A stretch of DNA of 64,000 nt from Marsupella aquatica (Eukaryota; Plantae; Marchantiophyta): positions 3,769,659-3,833,658 of the forward strand of contig OZ316895.1 of NCBI GenBank assembly GCA_973895155.1, in the 5' to 3' direction. Below the pieces are notes generated by a model, which was given only the letters and a program-made list of their open reading frames with translations, made no database searches and was not told the DNA's origin. Positions 62,666-64,000 of this stretch are shown here, in pieces; position 1 is the first letter of the stretch, and each line of letters opens with the position of its first letter. The translations under genes were made by a program, and so were the position numbers.

Positions 62666-64000
62666 CTTTGGATTGGGTGGATCCGGCCTTTTCGCAGCTG
62701 ATCTCTTGGGTGCCTCAATCGCAACAACATCCTTCAGCCCTCCTCGAGACCGCAGTGATCGCTCCATCGGACCAGTTTGCAAAGGTTGGAGCGATGAGGC
62801 GGGAAGACCTTCAAATGGTTGTGGCATTTGATTCAAATATTCCACAATCTGGGAATCCGATTCCAAAATATCCGGTGCCACAATTTCTGCGCAAGTGACC
62901 TCTGCAATATATCGGGGTCGAGACCACGAACCCGGTCGCGTCAAGTCAGCTGTTAGTCTCTTAACAACTTGAGCCGAGTCTGGTGCCAAAAACGTTCCCA
63001 GGTCTTGCACTCGATTCTCGGAAAAGCGGACATTATTGATGATTGTCTCCATTCTGGATGTAGTGGCAGTCTTCTCCTCGGTAATCAAAAGACCCTTCGA
63101 ATATTGCAAAGCAAGGACTGCCTGGACTCGGAGCTACTCCGATGAATATTTATTCCAATCATCCAACGAGATCGTACTTAAGGGTGGATCGTTAAATTCA
63201 AACTCCGGACAAAGAAAATAGTCTAATATTTTCTTCTTAACTGCAACTGAGGGTGAAGAAGGCTTCTTCAAATTCAGCCTTATTTTCGGTAGACGTTGTG
63301 CCTCAGAAATAAGCGAAAGATCCTTGGCCCTCTTGGCCTCCTTCCTCGCTGCCTCCAGTCTTCCGGCTTCTTCTCTCTCCAGTCTTGCGAAATCGACCTT
63401 TTCTGCCTCCAACTTCTCCGCCTCCACCCTCTCCGGTCTTGCGGTCTCGTCCGCCATCCTCTCGGCCCGCACCCTCTCAGCCGCCACACTCTCCGCCTTA
63501 TTTTCCTCTGTCACTAAAAGGACTCTTGCAGCCTCCGCTTTCTCAGCCTGGGCTTTCTCAGCCTGGGCTTTCTCAGCCTGGGCTTTCTCAGCCTGGGCTT
63601 TCTCAGCCTTCGCGTTCTCGGCCTGGGCTTTCTCCGCCTGGGCTTTCTCAGCAAGGACTCTCGCAACCTCCGCTTTCTCAGCCTGGGCTTTCTCAGCCTC
63701 CGCGTTCTTTGCCTGGGCTTTCTTTGCCTGGGCTTTCTTAGCCTGGGCTTTCTCAGCCTACGCTTTCTCAGCCTGGGCTTTCTTAGCCTAGGCTTTCTCA
63801 GCAAGGACTCTCGTAGCCTGGGCTTTCTCAACCTGGGCTTTCTCAGCCTCCGCGTTCTCGGCCTGGGCTTTCTCCGCCTGGGCTTTCTCAGCCTGTGCTT
63901 TCTCATCCTGGGCTTTCTCGGCATCCGCTTTCTCAGCCTGGGCTTTCTCAGCCTAGGCTTTCTTAGCCTGGGCTTTCTCAGCCTCGGCTTTCTCCTTCTT
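62666..64000 (-). pseudogene. Upstream exon of the Ulp1-NIF gene: (AEKAQ)n coiled-coil repeat plus linker; truncated by the window end
   Basis: One frame runs from the repeat through 63514-63134 and 63109-62666, with isolated TAG stops (e.g. 63134, ~63789, ~63954). Donor AAG|GTCATT at 62666 is phase-compatible with the Ulp1 acceptor. Confidence 0.7.
63530..64000. repeat. 15-bp coding tandem repeat (ctgggctttctcagc)n encoding AEKAQ on the minus strand
   Basis: About 30 imperfect copies visible directly. Confidence 0.95.

Larger units (their letters stand above)
51366..64000. mobile_element. Large cargo-carrying DNA transposon-like element (left terminus in window; continues beyond 64000)
   Basis: Starts CCCGGTTTGAACTTG..CAAAT, matching the terminus of the TSD-flanked element at 31769-32495. 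Followed by GC-rich GGTCGG subterminal repeats, then decayed kinase, RING, Ulp1 and NIF genes. Ulp1 cargo is known from MULE (KAONASHI/VANDAL) and Zisupton elements. No transposase is seen in the window. Confidence 0.7.

Noticed and set aside
63324-63924. RKPRL-, AWAFS- and QPGLS-repeat ORFs
   Set aside because: Alternative frames of the 15-bp repeat; only the AEKAQ frame connects to the downstream gene.
52675-64000. Endogenous giant-virus (NCLDV) segment
   Set aside because: No viral hallmark genes (capsid, polB, A32 ATPase) are visible. Spliceosomal introns and a TIR-type terminus favour a transposon, though sequence beyond the window could change this.

Overview
Land-plant nuclear DNA, most likely a non-seed plant such as a bryophyte (inferred from protein style and intron layout, not proven). 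Three intact host genes were resolved to exon level, all on the minus strand: a class IV HD-ZIP transcription factor (9757-13601, 10 coding exons, with the family's conserved paired 3'-UTR motifs), a PsbP-domain thylakoid lumen protein of the PPD8 type (39745-~43050) and gamma-tubulin complex component 3 (46649-49529). Intergenic DNA holds tandem and minisatellite arrays, a tRNA-derived SINE-like remnant and a 727-bp element with CCCGGTTTG terminal inverted repeats and an 8-bp TSD (31769-32495). A related terminus at 51366 opens a large, decaying putative transposon that runs past the window end (>12.6 kb). Its recognisable cargo is all post-translational-modification machinery: a protein kinase, a RING-H2 domain, and a spliced gene joining an (AEKAQ)n coiled-coil, a Ulp1/C48 SUMO protease and three catalytically degenerate FCP1/NIF phosphatase-like modules. 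Each NIF module is preceded by the same ACGCG-N6-CGCGT dyad. A ~310-nt fold-back hairpin lies between the two convergent cargo clusters. No transposase is visible in the window.
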